A stretch of 64,000 nt of DNA from Takakia lepidozioides (lineage: Eukaryota; Plantae; Bryophyta): assembly GCA_030704615.1 (NCBI GenBank), contig CM060731.1:18166001-18230000 (forward strand), given 5' to 3'. Shown one piece after another: positions 1-12,125 of this stretch. Position 1 is the stretch's first letter; every line of letters begins with the position of its first letter. The notes under the pieces were generated by a model. The model saw only the letters and a list, made by a program, of their open reading frames with translations. It made no database searches and was not told the DNA's origin. Both the position numbers and the translations under genes were made by a program.

Positions 1-346
1 TTGCTATAGGAAAGCTCCACAGTTAGGACTTGAAGAAAGAATCTGTTCTTGATCATTTTGAATAGATAGATACAAAGGGTGAAATGCCAAATATGTATTT
101 ATTCGTGCAGAGAACAGTCCTTATTTACTTCCCAAAGAGACAAAAGCATGCCCTTCATCTAACAACATGAACATAGTGAGATGTACTCCATAGATCCAAA
201 ACCCAGTTTCGATGCAGAAAGAAAGGGCACAAGAGAGGGAAGACTGATAGGAAGAGATCAGAATGAGGGTAAGGACATGGAGAGTGAGTCATGTACTCAG
301 AAGACCATGACATTGTGAGAAGATATCAATATGTAAAAGGCTGCAC

Positions 347-1884
347 CTGAACACCACAACATCGCCACGAGAGAAGCTGTAGGTGCGAATCGAAAGTTTC
401 TCTAAGAAAACCAAGTCGGACTTCAGATACCCCAAGGCATCGTCTCCACCAGGGTTGAGTGTAGGCTGCATAGACTGGCCATGCATAGTTGCTACACTGC
501 CAAATCTGTTCAAGAGGCAGAGATAGTCATTTACCTGCACCAGGGCTACAAACCTATCCCAATAATATGAACTTAAAAACTCCTTATCTCAATAATATAC
601 GAGGAAAAAGCCTAAACGATCCTCAAAACACTGAAGGTTTGGCAACTAGGTTCAAGTAGGTTTGGCTGCCTCTTCTAACAGGGGCGCCCGCGTCTTTCCC
701 AGATCCAAATGAGGTACATTGATGGGTTTTATCCAGGATTTTGGAAGGACCCATCCCGCTCCCTGTTGGTTTGCTTTATGAAGAGTGTCTTTCCAGGCAC
801 TCCAAACATTTATATTTGCTGCAACGTGTCATCCATCATATAATGGTCTGATGTCCAGCATGGAAGGAAAATCCTGCATCATAGAGATAGGCTGGAAACC
901 ATATAGGTCACTGCCCTTAACTCGCTGTCCCTTTGTCCAGACCCACAAGTGTTGCTGTAGTAATTAACATTATCACCTGATGTGTATAGCGACGCTAAGG
1001 AGTGTGGATGAAATTTTCAATTCTTTAAACTTCTCAAGACATACCTCCTTCGGAAGTTAGTGAACAAGATTGCAGGCCAAGGTTGTAGCTCCCAAGGACA
1101 TATGAACACCTGAAGTCTGAAAAAGACTACTCTCAATTTCTCCTCAGTTTTGGACAACAAGTACAATTCGAGCATCTGAAGGGCTCCCTCATTGGGCACT
1201 AGGCTATAATTCAACCTAAGAATGGGTTGCATACTGCTGGGAGTAAGAAAAACCATTAGGGACCAAGAGATCCATGCGGTGGGCTCAGATTTTCTCATAT
1301 GGGAAGGAACTTTCTGGAGGATAAGGGAAGGCAGAATCAATTTCATTTGATTAGGTCAGCACAATTACTTAGCGCAAGCCTTCCAACATGTCACTGGCCT
1401 CCATTCTGATATCGCCCCCTACTGCATCCAAACTGGACACTGGTTCTATCGCAACAAGCCTAGCACGAGCGAAGTCTGATGCTAGATCTCACCTTTGACT
1501 CTAAAAACTGTCAATCACGATTTCTGGCAAATTGGCCACAGCTTCCTGAATGAAGCGATTTTGAGGGTTTATGTCTATCGCCCCTGCATTTCCTTAGCCA
1601 GGTCTGCAGCAAAGTAAAAATACCCAGCTCCAAGGATTTGAAGCCATGGCGAGTCACGACCCTTATTTAGTTTGAAACCTAGTTGGATCCCGGTGAAGAT
1701 TACCAAAATGCACCTGAAAAAGTTCCCCGCCTAATATATCATGCAGTCCCCTAGACTCATACGCAAGTGAAACCTGTGTAACATGAGTGTATGTGAAAAA
1801 CCTGTCAGAAATTGTACCGCCCACGACCGCCCCCGCCATTACCCGCTTGGTCAGCAGCCATAGCCAACCCCCAACTCCCTGCAT
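347..1884 (-). CDS. IMP2: Mitochondrial inner membrane peptidase subunit 2 (S26 family), 5' part; the rest of the gene lies off the left window edge
   Basis: Exon 1884-1802 (MQGVGGWLWLLTKRVMAGAVVGGTISD) joins in phase via GT-AG to exon 505-347 (RFGSVATMHGQSMQPTLNP...DLVFLEKLS...RGDVVVFR). G-x-S-M-x-P-T carries the catalytic Ser. Confidence 0.85.
880..1640 (-). mobile_element. Degenerate LINE 3' region in IMP2 intron 1
   Basis: Broken frames contain MQPIL...FFRL and a remnant resembling the E-D-x-x-H-F-x-x-x-C zinc knuckle of LINE ORF2. Boundaries approximate. Confidence 0.35.
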
Positions 1885-2190
1885 CGACCTTTTGTCCCTC
1901 ACTCTTCCTTCCAGGTCTGTGACCTCACCATCTTCTTCCTGGAACCATGGCTTTCTAAGGATACCACTAACTACTCATCACCCTCCCCTAATCACTACTA
2001 ATCAATACTAATATTTCTGTCTATTCGGTATAAATCTTGCCATTTCATTGGTTACAGGCATCCTTCGAGGGCCTCCGTAAATGCAAGTAGGCGCCATTGT
2101 TCTGTGCAGAGCTCTTTTGTGTTGAGAGACTAATGAATGGACACCCATGATGGGTAATACACGCTAAATTCGTCCACAATCTGATCCTGT

Positions 2191-2203
2191 GCCCAAACCC
2201 TAA
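2191..2203 (+). promoter_or_regulatory. Site II-like GCCCA overlapping a telo-box AAACCCTAA in the IMP2/RPS16 divergent promoter
   Basis: gcccaaaccctaa lies about 60 bp upstream of the RPS16 ATG. This motif pair is typical of plant ribosomal-protein promoters. Confidence 0.5.
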
Positions 2204-2260
2204 TTCTTGGCTTCCTTGGGAATGCACTGATCTCTAAGGGAACTTGGGAGGGTAGGAGCT

Positions 2261-2563
2261 ATGGGGGTGGTCAGGCTGAGGTTGGCGCGTTTCGGAAGGA
2301 AAAACCTTCCCTTCTATCGTATATTTGCTGCTGACAGCCGTGCTCCTCGTGATGGCAAGCATATTGAAGTGTTGGGTCACTACAATCCTCTACCCGGTGC
2401 TGTCTTTCTCACTGACTGCTACATATGCTGCGAGTAGCTCAGATTTAGATTGTTCTTCGTGTGACAGGCATACATGTCATTTGGTTTACTAATTTTGATG
2501 GGTTTTCCTTCCAGGTAAGGATGGTCTGAAACGTATTGGGATCAAAAGCGACAGGGTCAAGTA

Positions 2564-2599
<36 letters not shown>

Positions 2600-2916
2600 C
2601 ACACACACACACACACACGCGCGCGCGCGCGGATTGAAAGGATGTTGCTTGTTGCCCAGAATGTCAACTGATGATTGTTGGACATTCTTTCACTTCTTTG
2701 TCGTGCTCACATTTCGCATTCGATCTCTCAGTCCAATCAAACTAGTGTTGGTTGCTACGGTGGAATGACTAAGAGCATGATACTGCCCTGGAACGCAGAT
2801 ATTGGCTGTCAGTAGGAGCGCAACCATCTGACATAGTGCGAAAACTGCTGTACAAGGCAGGATTGCTGCCACCTCCTCCCATTCCCCACATGCAGAAAAA
2901 AGGACCGAATACTTAA
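2261..2916 (+). CDS. RPS16: Organellar (probably mitochondrial) ribosomal protein bS16, 3 exons (2261-2396, 2515-2560, 2799-2916)
   Basis: Spliced translation [88 protein letters not shown]...*. GT-AG sites are in phase. Absent from the ORF track because the exons are short. Confidence 0.93.
2567..2630. repeat. Compound microsatellite (TC)n-(AC)n-(GC)n in RPS16 intron 2
   Basis: Seen directly. Confidence 0.95.
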
Positions 2917-3329
2917 GATTCCGTAGAGCTAGAAATTGCAGTTGGCCAGCAATCAATATCTATTGCCTCTGTGGCACGGTACATAGACTCGCAATTCATA
3001 AAAGATGTGGCATTCTTCCATTCTTCAGGAAGTAAACCCCCTGCCCCATTCGGTCCCTTTCTCAGTAGCTATTGTGCATATCTCCCTTCCAGCATGAGAG
3101 GACTCTTCTTCTACAATTACTATATGTGATTTACTCAGTGTGTATCTTCATGCAAAATTCTCTTTCAGTGAGCTATAGACGCAACCTTACCGACAGGGAT
3201 ACCGAGACTTTAGGCCTTATATCAGCAAATGTAGGTACGACTGCACTGGACAAATCCCAGTTTGGTTATAACAAGGTTTTGACATCGGCATTAAGAATCA
3301 TAGTTTGCATGGATTGCCATCCATCGACT

Positions 3330-3780
3330 TCACTGCCAATTTCCTGTCACAGCTAGAGGTTTCAACACGAGAGATCTCCGAGATGTGTGTGAAAGGGTTT
3401 CCCAGTCATTTTGAGGGCAAGGAGGAGAGGCAATGAAGCAAACTCCCCATTGACTCTTGTTGGGACTCGTGTTGTGGAAGCATGCTCTTGTGTCGAGTTC
3501 TGGATAGAGCATGTGCAGGTGTCTGGACCCACACATACCTTCTCTGTTTTCAGCACTGAATGTGTGTGTGCATCAAAACTGAAGTTAGAATGTATGAATG
3601 TGATACCCTGCAAAATTCCTATACCAAGGCGGGCTAGCATACGTCTGAGTGCATTGTGCGTGTCGTTGCTTGCAAAGCAAGTATTGTGAGATCCGCATAG
3701 AATTGCTGGGAAGTTACAATGCAGTGGAGATGTGATGCAAAAGGTGATCAATCCCCCTCATGTCAGTGATCGTCATCAGC
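3330..3780 (-). mobile_element. Degenerate CRE/R2-type non-LTR retrotransposon, restriction-like endonuclease region
   Basis: Collinear remnants: DHLL, THNALRRMLARLG (cf. H[ND]A[IL]RD), LALKMTG (cf. LAxETFG), LAVTGN (cf. ALQRGN). Confidence 0.35.
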
Positions 3781-5299
3781 CACAAAAGTCTATCGATTGA
3801 GACAGGTTACAAGGTCTGGAAGTTGAGTGATTCAACGGATCTACGTACGCTCGAGCGCGGGTGGACTGGCAGAGACCCATGTGACCGTAAAGTTCCATTG
3901 TAGTGTATCACTACTTCCCCAGGTGCAACACTTTGTCGCGACTAAAAATAGCGACATGGATTCCAGTCTGTTGACAAGAGGAACGTGAATGAAACCCTAG
4001 GAAGTAACGCGCTCTCGAAGCTGACTTATGGCGACCGCGCTTTCGGGTCGATGGGGCCAACGAGCATGCAGGGTGGACGATTCCTGCAGGTACAAGGCTG
4101 TTAGTGCTGCGTACAAATTGGATGAGGGCGGCCTCTGTGGTAGTGCTGCAAGAGTGATCTGGTGCACCCTTTTCCTCTTCTGTCTCATGTACGCTTCTTC
4201 AACCAGTATTTCTAGGTCAAGAACCACAGCTCCTCGAGGTCTAATGTTTTTGTCTGTGTGCGTGAGAGAGAAAGAAAGAAATAAAATTTATAACGTCCAC
4301 GGCAAGCTCTTGTCTATGTGCGTCAGAGAGAGATGAGGCAAGGAAATTTGTTTTCAAGGCCTATATATTCTCTCACTCAAATCTCTTACGCTCGAGCACT
4401 AATTTACGGGTTCTAACTCGACACCCTCTCGTGGGGTTCCTCAATTCAGGAGTCATTCTTCCTGTATGTGTGTGTGTGGGAGAGAAAGAGAGAGAGAGAT
4501 CAGGCTGCTGTTCATTTATGATAAACGGTCGTGCACACCCTCACGTAGACACTTCTGAAATCATCTGTGTGATAAACCGACCATTGTTGACCAACAACTG
4601 CTAGAGCTGTCGCCAGCACACTGAAGAGCCTGCATATTCAGGCTAATTTCAAATTGTTCTTGTCTGGAGTAGTCTTCAGCACATCAGAAATTCAGTCCTC
4701 TGCAATCAGCCGATGGCAGTCGTTATCCATGCTGCAGTTTTACTCTCGTGGTTGCTCATAATAAGCTTCAATTCGCCAGCCTCGATGGTCGCTGCCACTG
4801 CAGCTAAGTCTCTACCACGTCGACTCCACGTCGTGGCGCAGCTTGACATGATCCACAGTCTAGGTGCATAATCCAAGATAAAGATATATTGCTAGATTGT
4901 GTTTTTCACACAATGAGACGAAATTGTGGATGATCAATGGATGCTTTAGATGTTGGTTGATCAATAAACTTGAATTTGTCCACAGCTTAAAAGGATGCCT
5001 TGGTGAGCGCTGAACTTTATGCCGAAACAACAACAGTTTAACTAGTCGATCTTGAGCACCATGGTTTATTATGCTTGATAGGGGAGTTCTTGTCAATTAT
5101 ACTCTTTGTCGTATGTATGTTGACATCATCTCTAAAATCACCGTTCCCATAATTTCTGGGAGGATTTGCAGATTCAGTAGAAAGGGACTGTGCGCCACCG
5201 GGTTTTGAACTCAATAAATCGCAAATAGGGTTGGAGACTTTGCTGGTAAATTTGCTCTCTCTTCCTCTGACCAATCCCTAGACCTGTGACCCTTTAGGT

Positions 5300-6160
5300 G
5301 TAACCAGTCTAGAGTGACCTGGAAGTAGGTATTACTAGTCTGCATTAATCATGTACAATAGATTGGTTTCTAGATGGCTCCATATTGAAATAGAAAATTT
5401 CAACAATTGGCAATTGTCGTGGAGGCATGAACTTGACTCGGCTCACCATTCCCAAACGGGAGAAGTACAAACAGACTAACACGCAAGGTGTTTGAACTCG
5501 CGACTAGCTACAGCCTGTTTCAGTCTTGCCTCGGTAATATGCTAAAAACTTGATCGTGTGCAAGCAACATCTAGGCATGTAAAATTAGGTCAATTATGTT
5601 TCATCGTGATTGAAGGAGATGGAACTTTCTCAATGGTAGATAACAGAAACGTCTACCTGATGTGTTTTAGAGCCAGTAAGAAACAAGTACGTAAGAGCTG
5701 AAAAGATTGACAAGACTGAAAGGACTGTGAGGGTAGACCTCTAATATGGTACGCAACTGTAGTGGATGCAACCGAACTTAAAGTGATTCAATAACAGCTC
5801 ATGCTTACTTGATGATATAAACTTGTGTTTTCACAGGAGCAAAAACAGGGCAATGATGACCATCACCCACGACACCCGCCTGGGCATCGGATCCTAAATA
5901 CATATGGAAGAATTCGACCGCCAATTGGTCATCCGCCACCATCTGTGGTCCCGCAGTGTAGTTATACTCCTATTCCTGCACCGGCTCTAGCTCCACACAT
6001 GGGCCATAACTGTTGACATCAAGAGCTCCACTTCTTTTCTAAATTGTGTAGTGACTACAGGACCAAGAATGTAATTTAAACCGACCTCTCGATTTACTCG
6101 ACATTTGCAGATGGCATATTGCGCATGGCCCGAAGAAGCTGACATCTTCCCACTCTTATC
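5300..6160 (+). mobile_element. Highly degraded Ty3/gypsy integrase(-chromodomain) remnant
   Basis: SAHHSQTGEVQTD at about 5437-5476 resembles STAYHPQTDGQTE. AWPEEAD at about 6123 resembles a chromodomain TWEPE. Confidence 0.3.
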
Positions 6161-6779
6161 TATCTTGTAAATTCTATTTTCTTTTGTCCCATATAAGAGA
6201 TACTAGTAATTATACGAGATCTCTTTCCGTGGATGGAAGGTGTCTCTTTCTTTCTTACAAATTGCCATCGCGATTTTCTACATGTCAGCACACTCTCTCA
6301 CCACATTATCAGCCTTACCCACCTTATTATGTATAGTTTCATATGGAGATATATATTTTTCTGCAAAGAATCTACTTCTATATTTTTTAACATCTCCACT
6401 TCGAGGGTCCCTCTAGTCTTTACCCTTTAAGATCCCTCTAGTTGTACCATATTAAGTGCCCTTCCTTCCTTACCCCTATTGGAGTTGGCATTGTGTGTTT
6501 CCACTTTATGAAGGTTGACTCTAGTCAGTTCTACCTTTAACATTTCATTCTGGGCTAGTAATTGGACTCTTACGGCGTGGACAGCCGGAGGGTTTTGAAC
6601 ATACATGTTCCTACATGTTTGTGTGTGGTATATAAAAGAGCGTACAGTAATGAAGGCTCTTTGTCAACTAATATACCATGTAGTGTATTGTTTATGCATT
6701 TTCAATAGGTTACTACTCGCGCAACATAGCTACGTTTAGGAGTTCTTTTTGGAAATTGTTTATGGTAGTATTTTCTTTG

Positions 6780-7530
6780 TTTTTAGTTTAACAACAAAAG
6801 AGCATGCTAGATGAGTTCATCAACTACACTACGGATATCAAGGATGTTAGTAGAGTTGTCATGGTTTGGGTGGCCCTGTAGGGATGTGAACATAGTAGTT
6901 GACCATCCGAAGAAAAAATTTGAGGTGATAACATAATGGTAGATACTCTTATGTGGGACTTGGCCACATCACTAGCTATTGAGAATTGAAGCTGATTTAC
7001 ATAGGGCAAACAAGGTACATACTAATGTACGGTACTATGAGTGAGTTTGGATATTTAGTTGTACGCAGTGCGAGCACTCATGTAGCATCTAGATCCAAAT
7101 GTGCAGTCATTTGATGATTTAGCAGAAGTCGTGAATAACATGGAAATAGGATTGGATTCTAAAAAAGATTTTCTTTACAAAGAAATTGTGGAGAGTGTTA
7201 TGTTTGCTATATTATTGGGATCTCACCTTGACATAGCTTAGTTTGTTACATAGTATGGTTGCTACATTTTTCAACCGGATCCAAACAGAATGCACTGCAT
7301 AGCAATTCAAAGAATCTTGAAGTATTTTTGTGGAACCACATACCAAGCACTCTGCTACCCAAAAGGAGACAAGAAGCGCACTCAGTGTATATGCTAATGT
7401 AATTATGCGGATGATCTCAACTGCAAGATGTGGTTTATGTCGACACCCTATTCTTCGTGATCTGTTTGTAAGAAATGACTTGCCCACACAGTATAATTTT
7501 TGTAAACACATAGTTGTGCACACCAAAACA
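6780..7530 (+). mobile_element. Degraded Ty1/copia RT-RNaseH remnant
   Basis: KRAC/MLDEF and MWDL remnants, then YKEIVESVMFAILLGSHLDIA (cf. YRxxVGSLMYxxxxTRPDIA), HCIAIQRILKYFCGT (cf. HWxAVKRILRYLKGT) and YADDL (cf. DADWAGD). Contains stops and frameshifts. Confidence 0.6.
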
Positions 7531-7599
7531 TAGACACTTCTACAATATGACTTGTGAACTGACCACTGTTGACCAGCAAAAGCTGGCCCCAAAACACTA

Positions 7600-8050
7600 A
7601 GAGCCGGGTTCCATGGGCAGCTGCAAGGCGCCAGTGGTCGAAATAGGATATTCCTTAAGGGGCGCCCCCACAGATTGCCCCTTTGCTAAGGGGCCCAAAA
7701 AAGCCTCTCTTTTCATAAATGACGATTAGGTTTCTTCAACTTTCAGGGCACCCCTAAATGACACCTTTGTCTTTTCCTAGAGCGGGCCCGCAGACTTACA
7801 GAATACTACTGATTTCCATCCAAAGTAAGTTAGATTTCAGGAGAGTGAATGATTTTCGACATTTTCATCCAAAACTTAAATTAATTATCAATTATTATGT
7901 CATGGGCCCACAACAATTGGTGCCAAAGATTTCTAGAGGGGTGAATGGAATACTGTCCATGGAACCACCCCCTCTCATTTTTAAGGGGCGATTCCCTCTG
8001 GGGCGCTTGCTTGGGGGGGGCATTTGGGAGTGCCCATGGAACCCGGCTCT
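7600..8050. mobile_element. Non-autonomous DNA transposon (MITE, hAT-like termini)
   Basis: Perfect 20-bp TIR agagccgggttccatgggca (7600-7619) / tgcccatggaacccggctct (8031-8050), with GGGGCGCC-like subterminal motifs. No TSD recognised. Confidence 0.7.
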
Positions 8051-9285
8051 GATCTCTGGAGGGGTCAGATTCCAACTAAAACATATATTCGCCAAATTGT
8101 AGTAGAGGCATGGATGCATCGACTGCAAGCAAAATCGAGATGTGGTTAGTGTTCTAAATAGATGACAACCAAGTTGTAGCCCAGTGGTAATGGGCACATA
8201 CCACCTCTGAAGTGGTTGTGGCCCTTCGTGGTGAAGAAACATCATAATTCACACTTCCTTCGGGAGGTGTCAAATATTATTATTATTCTAAATAGATTCT
8301 ACTAGATCATATGTTATTTTATTATCTACAAATTGTATTTGCTCATTGGCATGATGCAGCATAATACACAATGTTTTCGGACCAAGAAAAGTCTTCACAT
8401 GGCATAAAACGTTTGACCAGATCTTTTCCATTGACTTCAACATGATACAAAGTCTATCGACAAAGCCAACAAATTCAGATAATAAAGTTCTCCATTAAGT
8501 CCCGCCCTCTTTGACCCTCTTATCTATCCCACATGCGGCTTTGGTGGGCAGTTTGAGCCTATTCGTTAAGTCCAGTAAAATGGGCACGAAACTCGAGAAA
8601 ACTGGGCATGAGAGATGATGAACACAATGGCCTGGCCTTATGCCAGTTGGAAGGTCAACATGATGGGAGCGTGGCCCTGCATCAGGCTCATCCATGTGTC
8701 TCAGCGCGGAGGAGAGGGGATCAAAGACATTTGGGCTGGTTTTTCTGCTATTTTGAGTTTGGCCCCCTCTTTATCTGGCTTGTACTTTGTGGGCCCGCAT
8801 CCGCCCTACTCACCTTGTCTTTTGACTTGCAGAACTCACCATGCATCCCCTGGACTTAACGGATAATTTTAATATCTGAGCATTTTCAATCTGGTGGTCT
8901 TGTGGCTGGTAATTATGATTATAAGCTTCAATATGCCCTTGTTGGTGACAGTTACTACTGTCACTCTTCCATGTCGTTTCCACCTACATTTGGCCATGAT
9001 CCGGTCGACAAATGCATATTGCTACCATTCCTAGAACATGATACCATGCTAATGAATTCTGAATCAATGGATGCAGCTTAAGGTCCGGTGTCTTTCTTGA
9101 AATGGTAGTCATTTGATAGGTACATGTAGAATTCTAGAAAGAGAACACTAAACAATGGATACTCCAAGGTAATCCATAACAAATACTAAGAATTACTTTA
9201 TTCATGACAAGTGCTTGAAAGTCTCATGTTACAATGAACGATGGGGTAAGGGCTTCTCATTGTTGAATAATTGGGAGTTTAAGGC

Positions 9286-10330
9286 TCACGTGTGAGCCAG
9301 ACAGCGGGCCCACGGACGCGGGGTGCCCCTGGGTGGCCCCCGCTGCAACCCATGACCCGGTCCGGGTGGGTCTGCCGCGAGGGTATGCCGCCATGTATGG
9401 TCTGCCGCGAGACTCAGCCCGGGTAGGTCTACCGCGAGGTATAGTCTGTCGCGAGGTAGGGTGACCCTAGGTGGCATTAGGGTTGACTGCGGCTGTTTTC
9501 TAGGTTAAGAGATAAAACAACTATTAAGGTAGTAGTAAGCAGTAGGTAGTGTGGTGGTTGGTCATATTGAGCGATACTTGAAAGGTTGTGGGTTCAACTG
9601 TGGCTGCGCCTAATGTGCATTAATGATGGTTCCGGTTGGTGTTGCACGTGTATTAATGACCCTCTTTTTGATGGGCGAGGTTTTTCGCAAAAATTTCTAA
9701 GGCCCCGTGGGCGGGTTGCGGCGCGACGAGCAGACCATTCAAACCCGCGAGCGGACCCGACCTGCCAGCAGTGAGCAGACCCTATCCTCGAGCAGACCCG
9801 ACCTTACCTGTCAGCAGACCCTAAGCAAGACCCGCGAGCGGACCCGACGTGCCAGCAGTGAGCAAACCCTACCCTCGAGGGTAGTTGCAAGGTTGAGTGG
9901 ACCAAAAACGGCATATCCTGCTCTATGAAAGTCAATGACCAAAAACTAAATTTGAGGATACTATCCCAAAATACTTTTTTAGTGATAGATAATGGTATAC
10001 TGAACATATTTAGTAAAGAGTCCTAGAATCTAATTCATTAAATATTTTAATCTATTATTTAGAGAAATTATGAAAAACTAAAAATTAGAGTTTACAAAAG
10101 CATTTCAATATGACACCTAGCCATTGAAGATTATAGGTTTTTATACATCTAGAAAAAAATGACACCCAAAATCCAAAAAACAAGATGAGTGAACTTATCT
10201 TTAGTCAATAGCAATTGACAACGGTGTCAACCGGCGGGTCCGGGTATGCTCGGGTCGGGTCCGCTCAGGGTCTGCCGTGCCGGCAGATAAAGTTGAGTTT
10301 GCTCGAGGTGTGAATGTAGGGTTGACTGGA
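9286..10330. repeat. GC-rich subterminal-repeat arrays of a probable non-autonomous DNA transposon
   Basis: GGTCTGCCGCGAG-type repeats at 9365-9460. Inverted GCAGACCC/GAGCGGACCCGAC repeats at 9728-9880, including a ~45-bp direct duplication. GGGTCGGGTCCGCTCAGGGTCTGC at ~10250-10275. TAGGGTTGACTG follows both same-sense arrays (9478, 10317). Confidence 0.55.
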
Positions 10331-10759
10331 CTAAAATGGACGTTACCAACACAATTTTAGACAACTGCACTTAATGGTGTCATCAATTGAAATTAAATTA
10401 ACTCATTAAAATCAACAAATATATATGTCATTGAATTCTTAGCTTCAATACACACCCATAGCAACTCTCCAATCATGAATCTGATAAAAAAATGACTCCG
10501 TTATGGAGGTGCACAAGTTAGGGTGTACTACACAATTGGGCATTCGAGTCTTGCCAAGGAAGAATGGGGTGATAAGCGCCCCGTCCCTCTATGGAGTGAC
10601 GACGGTAAGGTGCCTGAGTGGCAGCCATGTGTAGGGTGGAAATTCGTAGCTCAAGGTTTGTTCGTTTGTTCATGATGGCAAGGCAGCACGAATCTCTTCG
10701 CCAATGGCCGGTTCTATGTCGTGCGAGATGGTATAATCATAGCTGCTCTGCTGAAAGAT

Positions 10760-11500
10760 GGAACTCCCACATATGCCTTGGCATATCTCATCTGCTTTTG
10801 CAAGATGGAAGATATGCCTTGGAATCAGCCCTCCTTGCATGCGCCGTGCTGCGTTTTTTTAGCACTTCCAGCACGTGGCTACAGACGGGGGTTTTCTTCG
10901 ATATGTGATAAACAAGCTCTCGACACAGTGCCATCAACAGCGGTATATCAGTGGACAAAATACACGAACATCTGATCTGGCTGGCACTTCGTGTACCACA
11001 GTCTCCAAGTTTTGTGTTCTTTAGTCCACTAGACCAAGATTTACAACAGCAGGGAAAGCCACGAGCTACTGTGGGAGTTGAAGCAGGATATACCTGAGCT
11101 TGTATTTGTGTGGAGAGAAGGATATCCAGAGAATTGGCTTCAATCTCACGCAGCATTGCTGACATGTCGGTGCAGCGTGGACGCTAATTCTTACGATAAA
11201 TAGAAGAGACTGGAAGCTATGGGTGGATCACTGTGAACTGCTCAGCAACAAGCTCATGCATGTGTGCCTGCGTGCGAATAGCATCTCTACTTGTCTCCTC
11301 TTCCCCTCGCTGTGTAAGACAGACAGTGCTATATAGGTGCCGTAGTAGACTCCTCTTCGGAGTCCCACAAGCGATGGATGCCAACACAGTCCCAGCTGGA
11401 ACCGAGCAATCTCGTAGCTTCTTAGCGTCGGCTCGCAATCCACACCACAACAGAACCCACGGCAACAAGTATCATCACCATAAGGTCACCTAAGAGCGTT
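10760..11500 (-). mobile_element. Degenerate CRE-like non-LTR retrotransposon C-terminus (zinc knuckle plus REL endonuclease)
   Basis: Collinear across frames: RFQLGLCWHPSLVGL (cf. RLGLPHP), GEEETSRDAIR (cf. GGERxxxHDAIRD), VAEQ, LDILLS, TPT, IPLLMAL and an ALQR-like end. Confidence 0.5.
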
Positions 11501-12125
11501 GCAGCCCCTCTCACATTCTCATGTCATCCATGTTTGAACATTATACTCAGAGTTCTCGCACTCGTTAGCAGTTGTTGAAGTGAATTTGTTGTAAAAGTCT
11601 ACTGGAATTTGCTTGAGATCAATCTGAAAAGAATATATGATCTCTCTCTCGAGACTGTGACATTTCTCTAACCGATTGGATGATCAAGATGAAGTGTGAA
11701 AGTAGCATACCACTGGCATTCCAATTCGCCGGTAACATTGAATCAGATGTGAGAACAGACATGACATTCTGACTTGTAAAGCAGTTTGCTGAAGACATTT
11801 ACATAGTTTGATCGAGAAGACACGTTCTCTAATAAGTAATGCTACGAGTCTTCCATGAGCACGGTTGCATGCTATCTGTCTTCCGCATTAGGAAGGAGTC
11901 GTGAACAATTGGGATGAGATGGGAGCCTTGAGCCGACAGTGTTGAGATTTCATGCATGTGGGAAGTGCGAGAGTTGGTAGATGGGGCATAGATATATATG
12001 TATGTCGTGTTGGGAGAGGAGGTTCTATATTATGTCCCGAGGAACGCAGTAGGATCCCGACACGGAGATTGTGCGAACAGGGTATATAGAGTACATCAAA
12101 GAGAAATTCTTACTAAGATTTGGAA

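Noticed and set aside
9355-9880. CRISPR-like array
   Set aside because: The repeats are degenerate and irregular with no unique constant-length spacers, and the context is eukaryotic.
10721-11100. Plus-strand LINE RT reading (GYRRGFSS, DKQALDTVP)
   Set aside because: The minus strand gives a longer collinear series of CRE-like motifs over the same bases. The plus-strand match is probably chance.
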